From Antedon mediterranea (taxonomy: Eukaryota > Animalia > Echinodermata): a stretch of DNA of 64,000 bases. Of the stretch, positions 20,988-54,207 are shown in pieces (position 1 is the first letter of the stretch; every line of letters begins with the position of its first letter). The position numbers and the translations under genes were made by a program. Below the pieces are notes generated by a model, which saw only the letters and a program-made list of their open reading frames with translations, was not told the origin of the DNA and did not search any database. The stretch lies in NCBI RefSeq assembly GCF_964355755.1, contig NC_092675.1, positions 3,405,812-3,469,811 on the forward strand, read 5' to 3'.

Positions 20988-22204
20988 CATACACAGTACC
21001 ATGCTGCCATCAATCAAGATATCTATAAACTACCTCGCATTCCTTTACAACATTACAGAGAGATTGCAGGAAGGCAACAAAAACGTACAATATTATACTG
21101 AGTTTCTTTTTTTTAAAGTGTTTATTCACCTAATGAACAATATTACAGTAGGGTTGCAATTTAAGTTATATAGCCCATTTTGAATGACGTTAATTCTGAT
21201 TGTACAAGCCACAGAATACATGAAAATGGTTTGTGTTCACTGATTAAAGCCATAATTAATATTTACCAAACAAACTTAAAATAATTTGACCTAAATTCTG
21301 TCATGCAAACTGTTTAAAGTTGCTATATACAGTACTTACATATTTTTGACATACTAAACATATAAACTGTGTTTACATTATTACAACACAGAAAGTATGT
21401 CATGGCTGTGTTTACACTGGACATTTGGTTGTCCACTTTGCTGTTTAAGGAAAATAGTCTGAATCTGTATTTTATAAATATATATATACTGTATACAAAA
21501 TTAAACAGCAATAAACACCACAGCAAACCTTAAGGGGTTTCTTACTTGATTTTACATTACACTACCATGACTATTATTGAATAGTTACTTGAGAAAATAC
21601 CAAGTATGCCTTGTACGATAAACATCCATCACTTTTAATTAAGTTAAATAGTCCGCCCTCTGTTGCTATATGCCAAGTATTTTGGTCAGTTTTTTAATAA
21701 TAGTTTAAAAATGGTCACATTTTTTACACATATATTCTGGAAATTCCTTTTACTCTATCCCTCTAGAAAAACATGGCAAACACATTTCAGTTTGAATAGA
21801 CCACCAATACAATTGTTGTTTATCCAGACAATACTACACCCTCACTTAGCTAGTAACAGGCCTAATACTTAATGAAAATAGTACAACTGACCATTTATTT
21901 AATTCTTAAGGCTAAATTTAAGCACATTTTCATTTGCATATTTTGATATGGAATAAAATTGATGGGATGTTGATGAGTTGTCTGTTTGGAGGGGTGAACT
22001 AACTTCTTCTCCAGCACAGTTCAAATGAATAGTACGATAAGACATCACACTGCTCAAAACAAATGTGAAAATAATGCATATAAATTTTGATAGTTTCAAA
22101 ATGGTAAATAGAAAGCATGAATTGAATCTTTTTTATTCATTTCATTTATATAGCGCTTTTCCAAAAGATCAAAGCGCTTTAACATACAAAAATGCAATGA
22201 GTTA

Positions 22205-22663
22205 CTGTAAATCTTCTAATAGTAACCCACACTCTAATAACAACCCCCCTTCTAATAGTAACCCACCTTTATAAGTCAATCTATAATAATAACCCACTAC
22301 TGATATAGTAACCCATGGGGGTTACTATGAAGACTGGTCGTTTGTGATGCAGCCGTATTTTGAAAATAAAGGAGATAATGCATGTTGATCTCGGGAGTAG
22401 GGGAGGATTAAATGTTTTTGAGTTTATAAAATAAAGTTGGAACAAATTTGTTTATTCGTACAGTTTATTATTTTGCTATGAGTAACTGACCGGAAAAGTT
22501 GGGGTGGGTTACTATTTTCAGGTGCCTAATTTAAGATTAGTAATAGTAACCCATTACTCTAATAGTAACCATACCCCCCCCCCCCCACCCACTTCTAATA
22601 GTAACCCACCCTAAAAAACAATCAAAGAATAATAACCCCGGGTTACAATTAGAAGATTTACGG
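22205..22663. mobile_element. Non-autonomous pogo/Tigger-like element
   Basis: TIR C(T/C)GTAAATCTTCTAAT(A/T)GTAACCC, TA flanks and many internal TAATAGTAACCC repeats. Confidence 0.82.
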
Positions 22664-24274
22664 TACCTTCTTAGGTTTGTTAATTTCACATCACAGGTTC
22701 AAATTTCGTAAAAGTATTATTACGAGAGGTCAGCGACAAAACATGACCTGCAGGTTGATCCAACTGATAGGATTGTTTATTGTGTGGCACAGACATGCAA
22801 ATTAGCAATCATATTGCTTAAAATCGTATGCATGTTGAATTAATTAAATATTCTAAAGCATTATACATATCAGTTGGATTAGCCCAGATAGATCTCTTCA
22901 CATGTATAGGAACACACACTGTACACGATTAAATAATTTCTCAATTTTGTGAATTTTTGTGAATCAGTTTGTGAATACAGTTTAAAACAACTGAAATAAA
23001 AAGATAACATTAAGTACTACAACTTAAATCTAATCATAAATTTAAAGTAATAAATCTTTGGTATCAAATAATGATGACACCAACAAAATATAATTAAGAA
23101 ATATATAAAACAATACCAAATTTGCATAAAAGTATAAAACATTGTTGACAACAAAAACAATATAGAACTTACAGCAATTGTTTAAAATGTAGATAATACT
23201 TTTTTCGGAAATACCAATTAAATCAATCGAAATGATTATTTGGTCAGATGTTTTTTCTTACTCTTAAGTAATTGTATTGTGTATTCATACATTGAAAACA
23301 CCAACCATGGTAATGTATTTCCAGGGAAGAGTAAATTGTAATTTATTTATGGTATTTCTGAAAGCCAAAATACTAACATTTTTTCTGAGATTTTACAGTA
23401 ATTTACAATGCCCCAATAAATCTATAATAATTATTTAAAAAAAAGTACTCATCATATTTTATAAGAATCTGATTTCAAGTTTGAACCAAATATCATTTCA
23501 ATAATACAGCATTTTCCCAAGCAGATTTAACGTAAATCTAATAAACTGTACAAATGTATCAATTTTAATCATAATTTGAACTTATATCTTTAAATATAAA
23601 TGTCTATTTATAGTTCTTTCCATCAAGAAAATAGTGTGTTATGTCTTATTGTATCCACCGTGAATGCCTTGAATCATCCTTGTATTATGACAAAATCACT
23701 TCCAAAATCTATGATCTGTACTATGACAAATATTCTGCAAGCAACCCTTATATAATAATTATAAACCTGTGTGTGTTGGTATCATGATAACTCTACATCA
23801 CTTTCCACAATTATACCCACTGTTATTAGGCTTAACAAACAATCAAATACCACTGAATATGTAAGATGTATAAGCCTACAATTTTATAAGTACAGGGAGC
23901 TTGTTCGAGATACGTGAAAATCAGGATGTAAAATTGTGGTACGGTTTACGCTGAAGGCAAGAATCAAAATAACAGCATGGGATTCCTCCTCATGTGTTGT
24001 AAGCTATATTCTTGTATTTCACACACTTATAAAACATTAGTTTTATTTCTAACATAAAAAACAATTCATCTATAAATATAAAATATTTGATAATTCATAA
24101 ACAAGACTCGTAAACAGTTTAGCGTCGATACGGAAATGCAAAGCAACAGTTCTTCAATTTTAAAATCTTAGTTGGTCTCGAAAATTTGGTAAAAGTTGTA
24201 CCGAGATTCTCTGTATTCTCATAATTAAAAAGATACAGTTTATTTAGAAAAGCAAAAAGCGTGTCCGTTGATGA

Positions 24275-37042
<12,768 letters not shown>

Positions 37043-38931
37043 CTTAAGGGGTCAGCTATGCATGAGCGATTTATGATGTTCAAACTTGTCTTGTATACTG
37101 TAAAAAAAAAAGTATCGTAAAATAATAGTGTTAAGCCATTATACGACACGTACCACACAACGTAACATATTGGTAACTTTTAGCATTTTACTGAATACTA
37201 AATTTTGAATAGATACAGCTGCTTTCTACAGTATGTTGTGCATTGAACCATAACTGACTAAGTTTGCTTAAGTGTACTGTATGTAAAAATCAAAATTGGA
37301 CACAAAAAGGCAAACCAAATCTTTTTAATTGGAGACAGAGCCTGTGTATTATTACAAGTTATGTACTGCTGTTGTAATAAAACAGAAAGACCACCTACAA
37401 ACAAAATCTTGATTGTTAAATATAATATTAACTTCCTCCTCATAATGATAGCTAATGATGTCATTACGACGTCAACAAATCATTATCTTCCGTAAAGGTG
37501 GTTATTATTCAGAAGTGGAAATGTTTAATAATGATTATTTCTTGTTTTTAAAATGGGTGGGAATGAGGTGAATTCAAAGAACAATCAATAAAATAGTACT
37601 GCTGGAAGTGCACACGTAAACAAACCACCACTTATGTTATAATAATGTACATTCATTTTAATATTGCATGAGGTAATTTCCTGTATGTAACATAAGGTGC
37701 TGTGTTTGGTCAACTAGCATTACCCATAGACTGTATGAATACAAAGCACTGAAATAATATAAAAAAAATATGGACTGGACTGAGGGGCATGGTTCAAAAT
37801 ATAACCTGTGTTCTGGAGACTATCCGGAGAAAAAGTCGAGGGATTATTTCATTTGTGAATTACATACAATGATTCCTTGAAGTGGTATATGTTTTGATTT
37901 TATTTAAGGGTATACACTATTTCTCTTAGCCTTAGTGTGAATCAGGTGGATATGGTGATAGAACCATGGGATTCGTAACCAAGCACAAATACAATTCCTG
38001 GTATTATGAATAAATAAATAATGAATTAGTTAAACTAAAAAACCATAAAATTAGCTCAAATATTTTCAAAATTTTCATTAAACTAATCAATCAGGTACAC
38101 ATAGTTGATTTGTGCCTAAAAAAATTCAATCCGGTAAAAGAATTGAATTATTACAATGAGTACATATCATTATGTTAATTAATTGCATGACTAATCAAGG
38201 TGTTAGCTTTCTAATTTTAAACAGAACGTACTGTACACAAAAACAATTTCTAGTCTACATTTTTATTTAATAAAATTTATCTTATTCTTTTTCAAATTCA
38301 GTCAAATGCGTCTCTCAAAACTAGCCTTTTTTTTCCAACAGGACTTGGGTCCTTGAAAAAGTAGTAGTAGTTGGTAGATCTAATAATTCTTGATCCCACC
38401 CACTAGTCAAACCTTTCTAAACCAGACTCTCTTTCTAACCAGCCTCTAACTTTAGTTAGAAAGACCAAAATCAGTATATATCTGTACAGTACAGTATTTT
38501 AATACAGGTACAGTAAATTATTCAGGAGTTGAATTAAAAATAAATCAGAAACTAATTCCTCGATTATGACTCATCATGGAATAAAATTACAGGAGTTCAT
38601 GGAAGTACAGTTAACATTGTTCAACCTTCTATGGCAATGGGCGTGGAAGATTAAATAATGTTCTCTTATTTTTACTTTTAAAAGAAAAAAAAAGAAAACA
38701 TGAGGTGTCACTTTAAAATGTAAAATTTAAGTGTTTAAGATGCACAATACACAAATTTAAAATAGAGATTACCTTGGCTATTCATATTGAACTTGGAAGA
38801 AAGGAATCTCTATGTATGCTGGTGTTTATGTGTATAATATGTAATGTATTTAACATTTCTTGTTGAATTAATTAAATTGTATCTAGCATAAATTTGTTCA
38901 AAGTTATCTAAAACAGTTATTACATCCTATT

Positions 38932-39098
38932 AACCTCTGTCTACACTATCAAATAGTTTGACGAAAAAAGTATGACGTGTCCAAATATTGTAGTAATATG
39001 CCCAAATATGGTAGCAATATGACATCATCATGTCCATATATAGGCACATCACATTTTTGTGTCACATACAAAAAGTTTGATAGTGTAGACATAGCTTT
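38932..39098. mobile_element. MITE family 1 copy (reverse orientation)
   Basis: ctctgtctacactatcaaa...tttgatagtgtagacatagctt. Confidence 0.82.
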
Positions 39099-40589
39099 AA
39101 ATCAATAATTCTTCGAAAAGTACAAGTACTGTGCTTTCAGTATTTGAATAAAGATTGTAAAGCCTACACTGATTTTGTAATGTGCCTGTAGTACTGTATG
39201 CATTGAAGATTGACGACCCAAACCTTATAATTGTTTTATGGTTTTGTCACTACTACTGGTCCACATACTTCTTTATCATTGCCAAGGTAAATAATACTAA
39301 TTAATCCAGTTTTTAAATAGCCAATCCTGGTACGGTCAATTGAATCTAGAGGTAAAAAACAATTGGAAATACACTTTCGCACTATTTTTAAGGTTAGGGT
39401 CACATTTGAAATTGTTTTAATCAGTGTCGTTATTGTCAAACATGACCTTAAGCCTTACAGTATGACCTTAAATTACTATAGGTGCAAATGTCACTGGTAG
39501 ACTGTGTGCCTTCTTTTGTAAAATATTAGATTCTTATATTATTTTTTTGATTATTAAAAACTAAAGGTTTAGTGGGTAAACAGAACGATATTTGGTGTGG
39601 ATTAAGGCGAAGCTTTTAGGCCTTCCTCCCCTAAAATTTAACAGCCCTGTTTTTTTACCTCTTTTTAAACAAATAAAATGTTGACTAGGCTTATGCATTG
39701 AATGAAAATCAAAAACAAAACACAGTATAAACTATATCTGTGTGTGAAAAACGAAAAAATAATCGACGGTTCCTCAAACAACAACAAATCACTGATTCCA
39801 GCAGCAAAATATGATCGTTTGGCGATTGCTGTGCGCGATACATGGGAGAGTGTCATTTCCAGGCAGATTAGACTAGTGGGAGGTGCCATTTTATTATGAA
39901 TGGTGTGTTGTCATTTGCCTAAATTCGCTTCGTCCCAGGGCCGCCTGTGGCTAAAATGTGTAATTAATGCACTTGTGCATCATCATGGGTGCGTCATTTA
40001 CAAATAATTACTGATGCAGGGGCAGCGTAAAAAAACCTAGAAGGTACGTCACATCAATGAACGATGGTGTGTCAATGTCCATCACTTTACCACTCAAATT
40101 ATCATAAACAACATAACATGGTCAAATGACGCACCTCTCCCGGGGTCGTATAGTGGGTCATACAATTGACAAGTGCATAAAGTGTTTTAGTATTTATACC
40201 CCCACCCCTGCCCTGGATCCGCCCTGAAAAAAATAATTAAATTCATATAAGATAAAAGTAAATATGTAATGATATTGAAAACACACAGTAATTTTTCCAA
40301 ATTAAGCTAATACAATTTAGTATCTATAAATCAGAGAAAACTCCACTGTATTATGTATTTACTGTTAACCTGGCTATTTAATCTAGGCTAGGCCTAGCCT
40401 GACTGTGAGACGACTTGTCGGCCACGAGAAACACCTTCATCAGCTTGTTGAGATAATCACCAATCTGTTTCTGAACTGACTGACTGACCGACCTATCGGC
40501 TGTGTGTGATCATTGAAATATTACATTCACAAATAATAATTTCTATCGTGTTTTTCAGAAAGGATGTACTGACATGCATTTTAAAATGT

Positions 40590-41215
40590 ACACTTACTGT
40601 TCTGTGGTTAAAATTTGCCTGGGATTAACAGAAAAGTAATGATGAGTTAGAAATATGCTTTTAGCCTTTTCGGCCTATTTCTGTTTGATCTTCGTCGATG
40701 TGTGTGTAATAAAGTTGTTTCCCTTTTTTTGCAGCAGCGTAAAAAAACATACAGGAAGTTTATAATCAAGTTACTTCCGCGTTCCATCAAAAGGCTAGGA
40801 GCTGTCGGTTTCAATGGAAATAAATTCAGAAACATCAAATCATTCACAAAAAATATATTTTTGTTAATTTTTTTCTATATTATAATAATCTCTATTGGCA
40901 TATGATGATCGAATTTATAGTTAATTTACCTCTTATACCTAACGAAGTAGGTAAATATGCATAATAATCATTATTTTGAATCCGGGAACCAGAATACAGT
41001 ATAGGCCTCGCGCTATGCTATTTTTTCTTTTTAATAACAAAACTTACAGTTACACCACCACCACCAGGCAGAGGCTGCAGCCTAGCTAGCTGAAACGAAA
41101 TCAGGAAGTAGTTGTCTGCAAAGAAGAATTACGAAAGTGTAATTACTGATTGTAGACTATTGAATTAAATAGATTTGTAACAATTGATTATTTAATAATA
41201 TAGCTTCAGCAGGTA
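40590..41215. promoter_or_regulatory. Putative bidirectional promoter and non-coding first exons of the two CSK genes
   Basis: Minus-strand donor GTAAGT at 40597-40592 and plus-strand donor CAG|GTATAA at 41213. ETS-like GGAA cores at 40751-40759, 40773-40779 and 41101-41109. TSS positions are inferred only. Confidence 0.4.
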
Positions 41216-41921
41216 TAATTTGTGAGTTGAATCTTATTATAGATTTAAAATAACTAACTGTTTAGGCTAGGCTAGGCCTAGGCCTCCATGTTGAATGACA
41301 TGCTCATTGACACTGCATGCTTGCTCGGGGATATTCCCCTTCAGCAGTACATGAATGTCCTAACCTGTTCAGTTGTGGTTGTACCACCCTAGGCCTAGCT
41401 AGGTCGAATCGGATGAATCAATGGTATTCACTTTACTTTACTCAGTAACAATGTGAACCTTCTATTAAGCCTAGGCTATAGAATAGTATTTCCATCAACT
41501 TAATAATATCAACTTGATAATCGTATTCTTATTAAATCATTTAATTTAAAATAAAAGTAAATAAAAAATCATGTGATTGTTTGAAGGTTTGCATGGACAT
41601 GGAGAAATCCATGTGTTTTGATATAAAGTTTCGAGTACACAACTGAAAAAACAAACTGGTATTTATTATCTCAACACTCCTAATAATGAGCTTGCTGTGT
41701 GAATACTACTGAACTTTTATATTTTAAGAATGTCTTTAATTTAAATTTACCACTTGGTTAGTTGGATTTTAACTATGATTTTATGAATATTATAAAAATG
41801 GTTATACAGTATAAGTAAATGTTATTCTTTAAACTTTTTTTATAATATTACAGCATACAACTTCTTTCTGATGTCATTTGCATAAAAGAGTAGAAGAAGA
41901 TCACCACTGTATTTCATCAGA

Positions 41922-48321
<6,400 letters not shown>

Positions 48322-48907
48322 AACTCTAGTCTAAAGAGTTTAACCACACTGCACACATTTTTTTGCATTTCGTTTTATTCCAAAAATACAATTTCCATTA
48401 AGCAAGCATTCTTTGTCTATGAAAAAAATATTAACAATGTTGTTGGTATTTCCAGCTTAAATGCCCAAAACGTTAATTTAGGTACGCTAACGATTTACAA
48501 ATGTTCTGAGTTTTGAACATTACTTTTGCTTGCAGTAGTGCTGATGAATGAATTTTACTCGACCCTACACAGTGGCATATGTATGTTACTGAAACTAGCA
48601 ATTTTCATTATTTGTTGCTACATATTTAGGGCTATGATAATAAACAGCTTGACTGTATATGTGAAATAAGCATCACAAGTTTTAGGTTGGAATTTGAATT
48701 TGTACGCATAAATTAAACTAAATGTTTATCTTAATTCCAATTGAGATATCAATTTTATAGGTACTGTAAATAATCAATAAAATATGTGAATATATTTTGA
48801 AGGACCTTCGTATGTTGATGATGTTTAATATTACAATGCTATTGTACTGAGAATTTAACTATAGAATCTGTCTGGCTTTAAAAAAAATTCAGTGCTTGTT
48901 ACTGTTA

Positions 48908-49086
48908 AAGCGTGGTTCCCACTAGCGACGCAATACAAGGACGTAACGCAACGCAAGTGAATTGACCAATCACAAGCGATGGCTATTCGCTTGTGATTGC
49001 TAACTGTCTATAACTTTGCTTGTCATTGGTTAAAACGTTTGCATTGCGTTTACGTCTTTGCGTTACGTTCTAGTGGGAACTAAGCT
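48908..49086. mobile_element. MITE family 2 copy
   Basis: TIR AAGC(G/T)TGGTTCCCACTAG; near-identical to 50673-50854. Confidence 0.85.
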
Positions 49087-50672
49087 TAAAGGTCCACCAG
49101 GGTGATGTGAGCCAGTGGTCCTGATCACCATTAACACATAGGCTAAGGAAAACACTTTTAAAGTTCACAAATTCTCCTAAAGTGAACACCACTTAAAATC
49201 CTTAAATATTTATTATACTTAAGTTAAAAACTTAAAGAAATATCTCACTTAAATGTGATTAGTGCGCACAGAAAACAAATAAAATTAATTTAATATTTTT
49301 CAATTCCTTTTTTTTTGTGGATTAAATTGTTTTAGTTTTAACCTTTGAAGACAACTATTTTACGAATTCGGGTGAATTAAATCAGTAATTTTTCAGGGTT
49401 TTTAAAGTTGTGATGCAAATGTATCCGTTTTCGTGATCTTCCAATGTTCCCCTAGAAACACAACACAATGCAATTTCCAGGTTGTTGTGTTTGTTCATGT
49501 CGGATGTTTTTCATATCTCCACTGTATAGTGAACAATTTTTTTTCTTCAAAAATGTACAAACTCATAAACAGTACTTGTATAAACAAAGATATGGATTTG
49601 TGAAAGTAATGTATTGTCTTGTTTGTGAAAAGTGAAAAAAAAATGCTATGATGTAACCTTTGTGGTAGATTAGGAAAATCAATTAAAGAATTTAGATTTA
49701 TACAATTTCTAAGTAAATAAGCTACCAATTGTAGCATTAATAATAGTAATATTAATAAGTATAAAGTGTACATATATTTGCCAAATCTTAATAATATTGT
49801 TAAAATTGCCTCAGTAAATATAATTTAAACGAATCATGAATTATTAATTTCTTAAATATTTTCTTTTAATGGTGCTAAAAAGGACTTTAGTAGTCCAAAT
49901 AAGGAATGAAGAATGATACAGATACTCATTGTCTCTCACTCATTACATTTCAAATTGGTGCAAGCCCCACCCATTCAATTTAGACCACTTAACGGTTTAC
50001 CCACTCGACGCCCACGTTTTTGCATTCCTTTTTTACACAACTTACAACAATCGACACACAACAGTATTTAAAAAGAGCACCTACTTTTTATGTTTTTGAA
50101 TTGTTTTTGCTTGTATAAGTTCAGCTATATATTATTTGACCAAAATATGCTTTTACTTACATTGAATTTTATGATAACTTGTAAACTTTCAATTATAAAT
50201 GTATATTTCCAATATAATATTATTTATTTCAATTTCAGAAGCATTTCCAATGTTTATAGCTATTTATTCCATAAGATTATGAAAGCATGTGTAATTATTT
50301 TATATAAACATGTTCACAAATTAATAATCATGAATTAGATTTATTTTAGCCTATTCTCGAGACTGTGTGTATAATGTATCATAGGGAACTTCTGTAATAC
50401 AGTGTCATACAGTATATCACATGTGTAGGTGGCACCTGTGTCGTAGGTCATAAGCCTAACTTAACCTTAACATAAATTAATACAGATGCCACATATGATA
50501 CATATGTGACATGATACTGGGCAAATTATATCATTTGTTTGTTGAAAGTAAACAGTGCTAGAAATTCACTCATTGAGTCGTCCAACAAATTAAGAATTGT
50601 CAACCTTGCCAGCTGCTGCCTGATTGGTGGTAGACGAGGGAATGTTGGGAATGGCGATAGGGTCTTTTATTT

Positions 50673-50854
50673 AAGCTTGGTTCCCACTAGCGACGCAACG
50701 CAAGGACGTAACGCAACGCAAGTGAATTGACCAATCACAAGCGATGGCTTATTCGCTTGTGATTGCTAACTGTCTATAACTTCGCTTGTCATTAGGTTAA
50801 AACGCTTGCGTTGCGTATACGTCCTTGCGTTACGTTCTAGTGGGAACCAAGCTT
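50673..50854. mobile_element. MITE family 2, full-length copy
   Basis: aagcttggttcccactag...ctagtgggaaccaagctt with long internal palindromy. Single-end remnants at ~6876-6905 and ~54585-54610. Confidence 0.88.
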
Positions 50855-51242
50855 CAGGGTTGTTTATGTTTATATTAACTACTAAATAGGATTTTAAAGC
50901 AGGGTTAAAGTTGAACCATTTCAAATGTCAATTAGTAGGAATGATATTTAAAAGTTGTTATACTTCAAAATATAGTATATAATAAAAATTAGTATTACAT
51001 CTCGTACTACTGTGCTGGTTTCACAGTATTATCTTTTATTTAACATTAACTTTATATTCTACAATAAGTTTTAAGTGTTTATTTTCAATTTTGGAATCGA
51101 TAGTTTTTGTTTTCATCTTTCAATGCAATATATTCTTATAGATCAATTATTCCATAGATTAAAGTTGATGGACTTTGATAATAATAAATGCACCCCAAGT
51201 TGTGTTTAGACTATTCGGACAAATTAAATGTTGCCATTTCTT

Positions 51243-51382
51243 AAGCTCTGGTCTACACTATCAAATTTTATGTGACAAAAAAATTTTATATGCCCATATG
51301 GACATAATGATGTTATATTACTACCATATTTGGGCACATCACACTTTTTTTGTCAAACTAGATTGATAGTGTAGACAGAGCT
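51243..51382. mobile_element. MITE family 1 copy
   Basis: Both TIRs are present. Confidence 0.82.
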
Positions 51383-52016
51383 TTGAATCTTACAGAAAAA
51401 GTGTCAAACAAGAGTAATCTCATACAATTATGTCCAAAGTAAACATGTAGTGGATATATATCCTCTGCGGTGCTCATTGAACTGTGCTGCTTAGCACAAC
51501 CCAAGAACTTCACTACTCCATTAGGACAGCCCCTATCCAGTGGACATCTGTTAGGGCACATTTATACAAAGGAAAAATAGGGTGAAATTCACTTTTATAG
51601 CCAATATGAACAAATCTGTACAATCTGTATTTAATCACCGATTAAAATTATTTTATATACTGTTTTTTTCCCAAAAAATAAAGGTTGTTTTATCTTGTAT
51701 GTTTATATTGTTATGTATTGCAAATAAAGTAGCCTGAAAAAAAGAAATAGTGTGTATTTTTTTTTTTCATTTTAATTAATATACAAGTACGTATCCCTCG
51801 CAATCATCTTTTGACAGCGCGCGCGTCGTGAGCATCTCATCCTCTTCAACCTCACGCTGTCAACTGATTACCACGCCAGTTTTTGAGTAAAATAATTTTA
51901 ACTTTTACATTTTACCAGTCCCTTTTATCCTCCTACACTGATAGGCTTTGACTGGAATTTATCTCACACCTTATCTTACCAAACATTTTGACAAATTTTC
52001 GTACTTTATTGTAATT

Positions 52017-53465
52017 ATGTTGTCTGGTTGTGTCCTCTAGCCTACTAGGCCACTGATTCGTTTCCGGTGTGAGCGACAGCCTCGCTTTCCATCATCTTGT
52101 GTAATTCGTCCGGCTCCATACTTGGTCCACTGCACATCGACCTTTGACTTTCGAAACTTTCAATCATCATCACTATGATAATACTGTTCTTTTGGGGGTG
52201 CCCGGCCTAAAGAAGATAAACGGCCTAGGCCTAACTAATTTTGGAAATCGATTGGCAACATTCAAGCCAGATATTTTGATAATCGACCTCAGATCGAATG
52301 ACCTTGTTGATTCGGATGCTTGGTCGGTGGCAAACTATACTATCTCTTCAAAATTCTATTTATATATTCCATATCCATCCCGGTTTCCGGGCAAACCCCA
52401 TTTCTCTGTGGTCAAATGCAAATGATGGTCTTCCAATGGCTTTTGAATGGCTAGGGAGTACACACTTTGCTCCTGGTCATCGGTTCGAGCCTCCATAAAC
52501 TAGACTCAACGAGCTCACCACAAACCTCTAACCCATCCAACCATGGAGCGTCCACTCGGTTTTGGAACAATTTTCGTGTCCCACTCGGCTTCTGTATCTC
52601 CTACCATAACAGATTCACTAGATGTGTCCAGACAAACTGTCAATATCGCCACTCCTGTTTTCAGTACTCGGGATCTCATCCAATCCACAAACCTAACCGA
52701 ACACCATCGCACCAAAACAACTTCACCCAACAACAAGCATACGGTCACCAAACTAACCAACAAACCTAACAAAACAGTTTTCAAAAACCTATACGCGGCA
52801 AAAACCGCCCACACACTCAGTCCCATCCACCACTCCAAACTCGCCAATCATCCCCACAAAAAAATGTTCTGCCTTCTCCAATAATTCCCTCAAGATTAAG
52901 CACACTTCTACCTGGTTACAAACACCACGCTTACTTAACACAAGGTTTCGCTCTGGTTTCTACCTTTAATTTAACGGACCTGAGGCTGCTTTTACAGCAA
53001 CCACCTCCCCAGCTATCATCAACAACCCCGAAACCTTCTCCAAAAAACTTACAAAAGAGGGGACGCATAGCTGGACCATTTATCCACCCACCATTTGAAC
53101 ATTTTAAAGCCCTAAAGCCACCTCTTAACCTTTGAGAAAAATCCGTACCTGGAAAATTTTCTATCCTCCACAACCTTTCCTATTCCTACAACACAAACTC
53201 TGTCAATTACAACATCCCTGAGTTTTCAAAAACAGTTATTACGAAAAAATTGGCAACGCAAACGCAATTGACATGCTAAACAAATGCAATCACCCGGCAT
53301 TCATGGCTAAGACGGACATCAGTGACGCATACAGACTAATACCTACAGTATACAGACTAATACCTTTACATCCCACTCAATACCAGCTCACAGGTTTGGC
53401 CAGGCTGCAGATCTTCGTGTCAAATATTCAACAAGTTTTCTGACGGAGTGAAATATATCCTTACA
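52017..53465 (+). mobile_element. Decayed tyrosine-recombinase retrotransposon (Ngaro/DIRS-like): SGNH hydrolase, gag zinc finger and RT remnants
   Basis: SGNH-like LLGH*FV (52042-52062) and PDILIIDLRSNDL. Gag-like FCISYH...RCVQTNCQYRHSC...GSHP. RT remnants GRIAGPF..PPF, PGKFSILHNLSY...SVN, FMAKTDISDAYRLIPLHP and GCRSSCQIFNKFSDGVKYIL. Stops and frameshifts throughout. No RNase H or YR remains, so the class is inferred from the RT motif style. Confidence 0.78.
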
Positions 53466-54207
53466 AAAAGGTTACAACGGCCCAATAACGTGAAAATAAC
53501 AACTTCCTTCATATCGCATGTATGACAGTAATTTTATTATACATAATGATAAACACAGCCACTGTTTATGCATACAGCTATAGTCCTTTATTACAATTGA
53601 GCATATTTTCAATACATTATTTGTACATTCAATCTATTCTTTATAAACCTGAATAAATCTTGTAAATAAATATCTCGTCAGCACCGTTCGAAAAAATACC
53701 AGGCACTATCCAAGCATGGCATAAGCTGATGTGCGTTGAAGAAAATACAACGGTAACACATTTTTCAGCTTACTTATACAGAATGCTAAAGTATTCTATA
53801 TCCAGATTGGTCCAATCCTGGTGTTTTGTATCCTTGACTTTTGTTCATACATTACTGGTAGTTGATTTATACGGTTGGTAAAGGAGATTTATTTAACCAA
53901 AAAAGGCCTATTAATTGAGCCTAATTAAATAGTAAATGTATGCAATACTGTAATATTTTAATTAACATAGTATAAAAACCTATTCCAAATAACGAGAGGC
54001 AAACCATGATTCGTTTTGATCTTTATATGACCATCATCAGGAATGAACAATGACTCCAACTGCAGACAATTATAACTGCAGTCTATTCATAAGTATGTAA
54101 GTAAATGAGATATTTATTTATTTACCCATACAGGGTGTTACAAAAAAAATGTAATGTGTTTTTGTAAATCTATAGCAATAAAAAATGTTGCATTTTAGCG
54201 GGAAACT

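Noticed and set aside
37052-37054. In-frame TGA in CSK-A read as selenocysteine or readthrough
   Set aside because: No SECIS identified, the upstream peptide is not SH3-like, and no upstream coding exon was found.
38773-38820. Possible relic of the first SH3 exon upstream of CSK-A (EIPF vs DLPF, donor AAG|gtaatc)
   Set aside because: Only four similar residues and stops in frame; may be a 5' UTR exon but homology cannot be supported.
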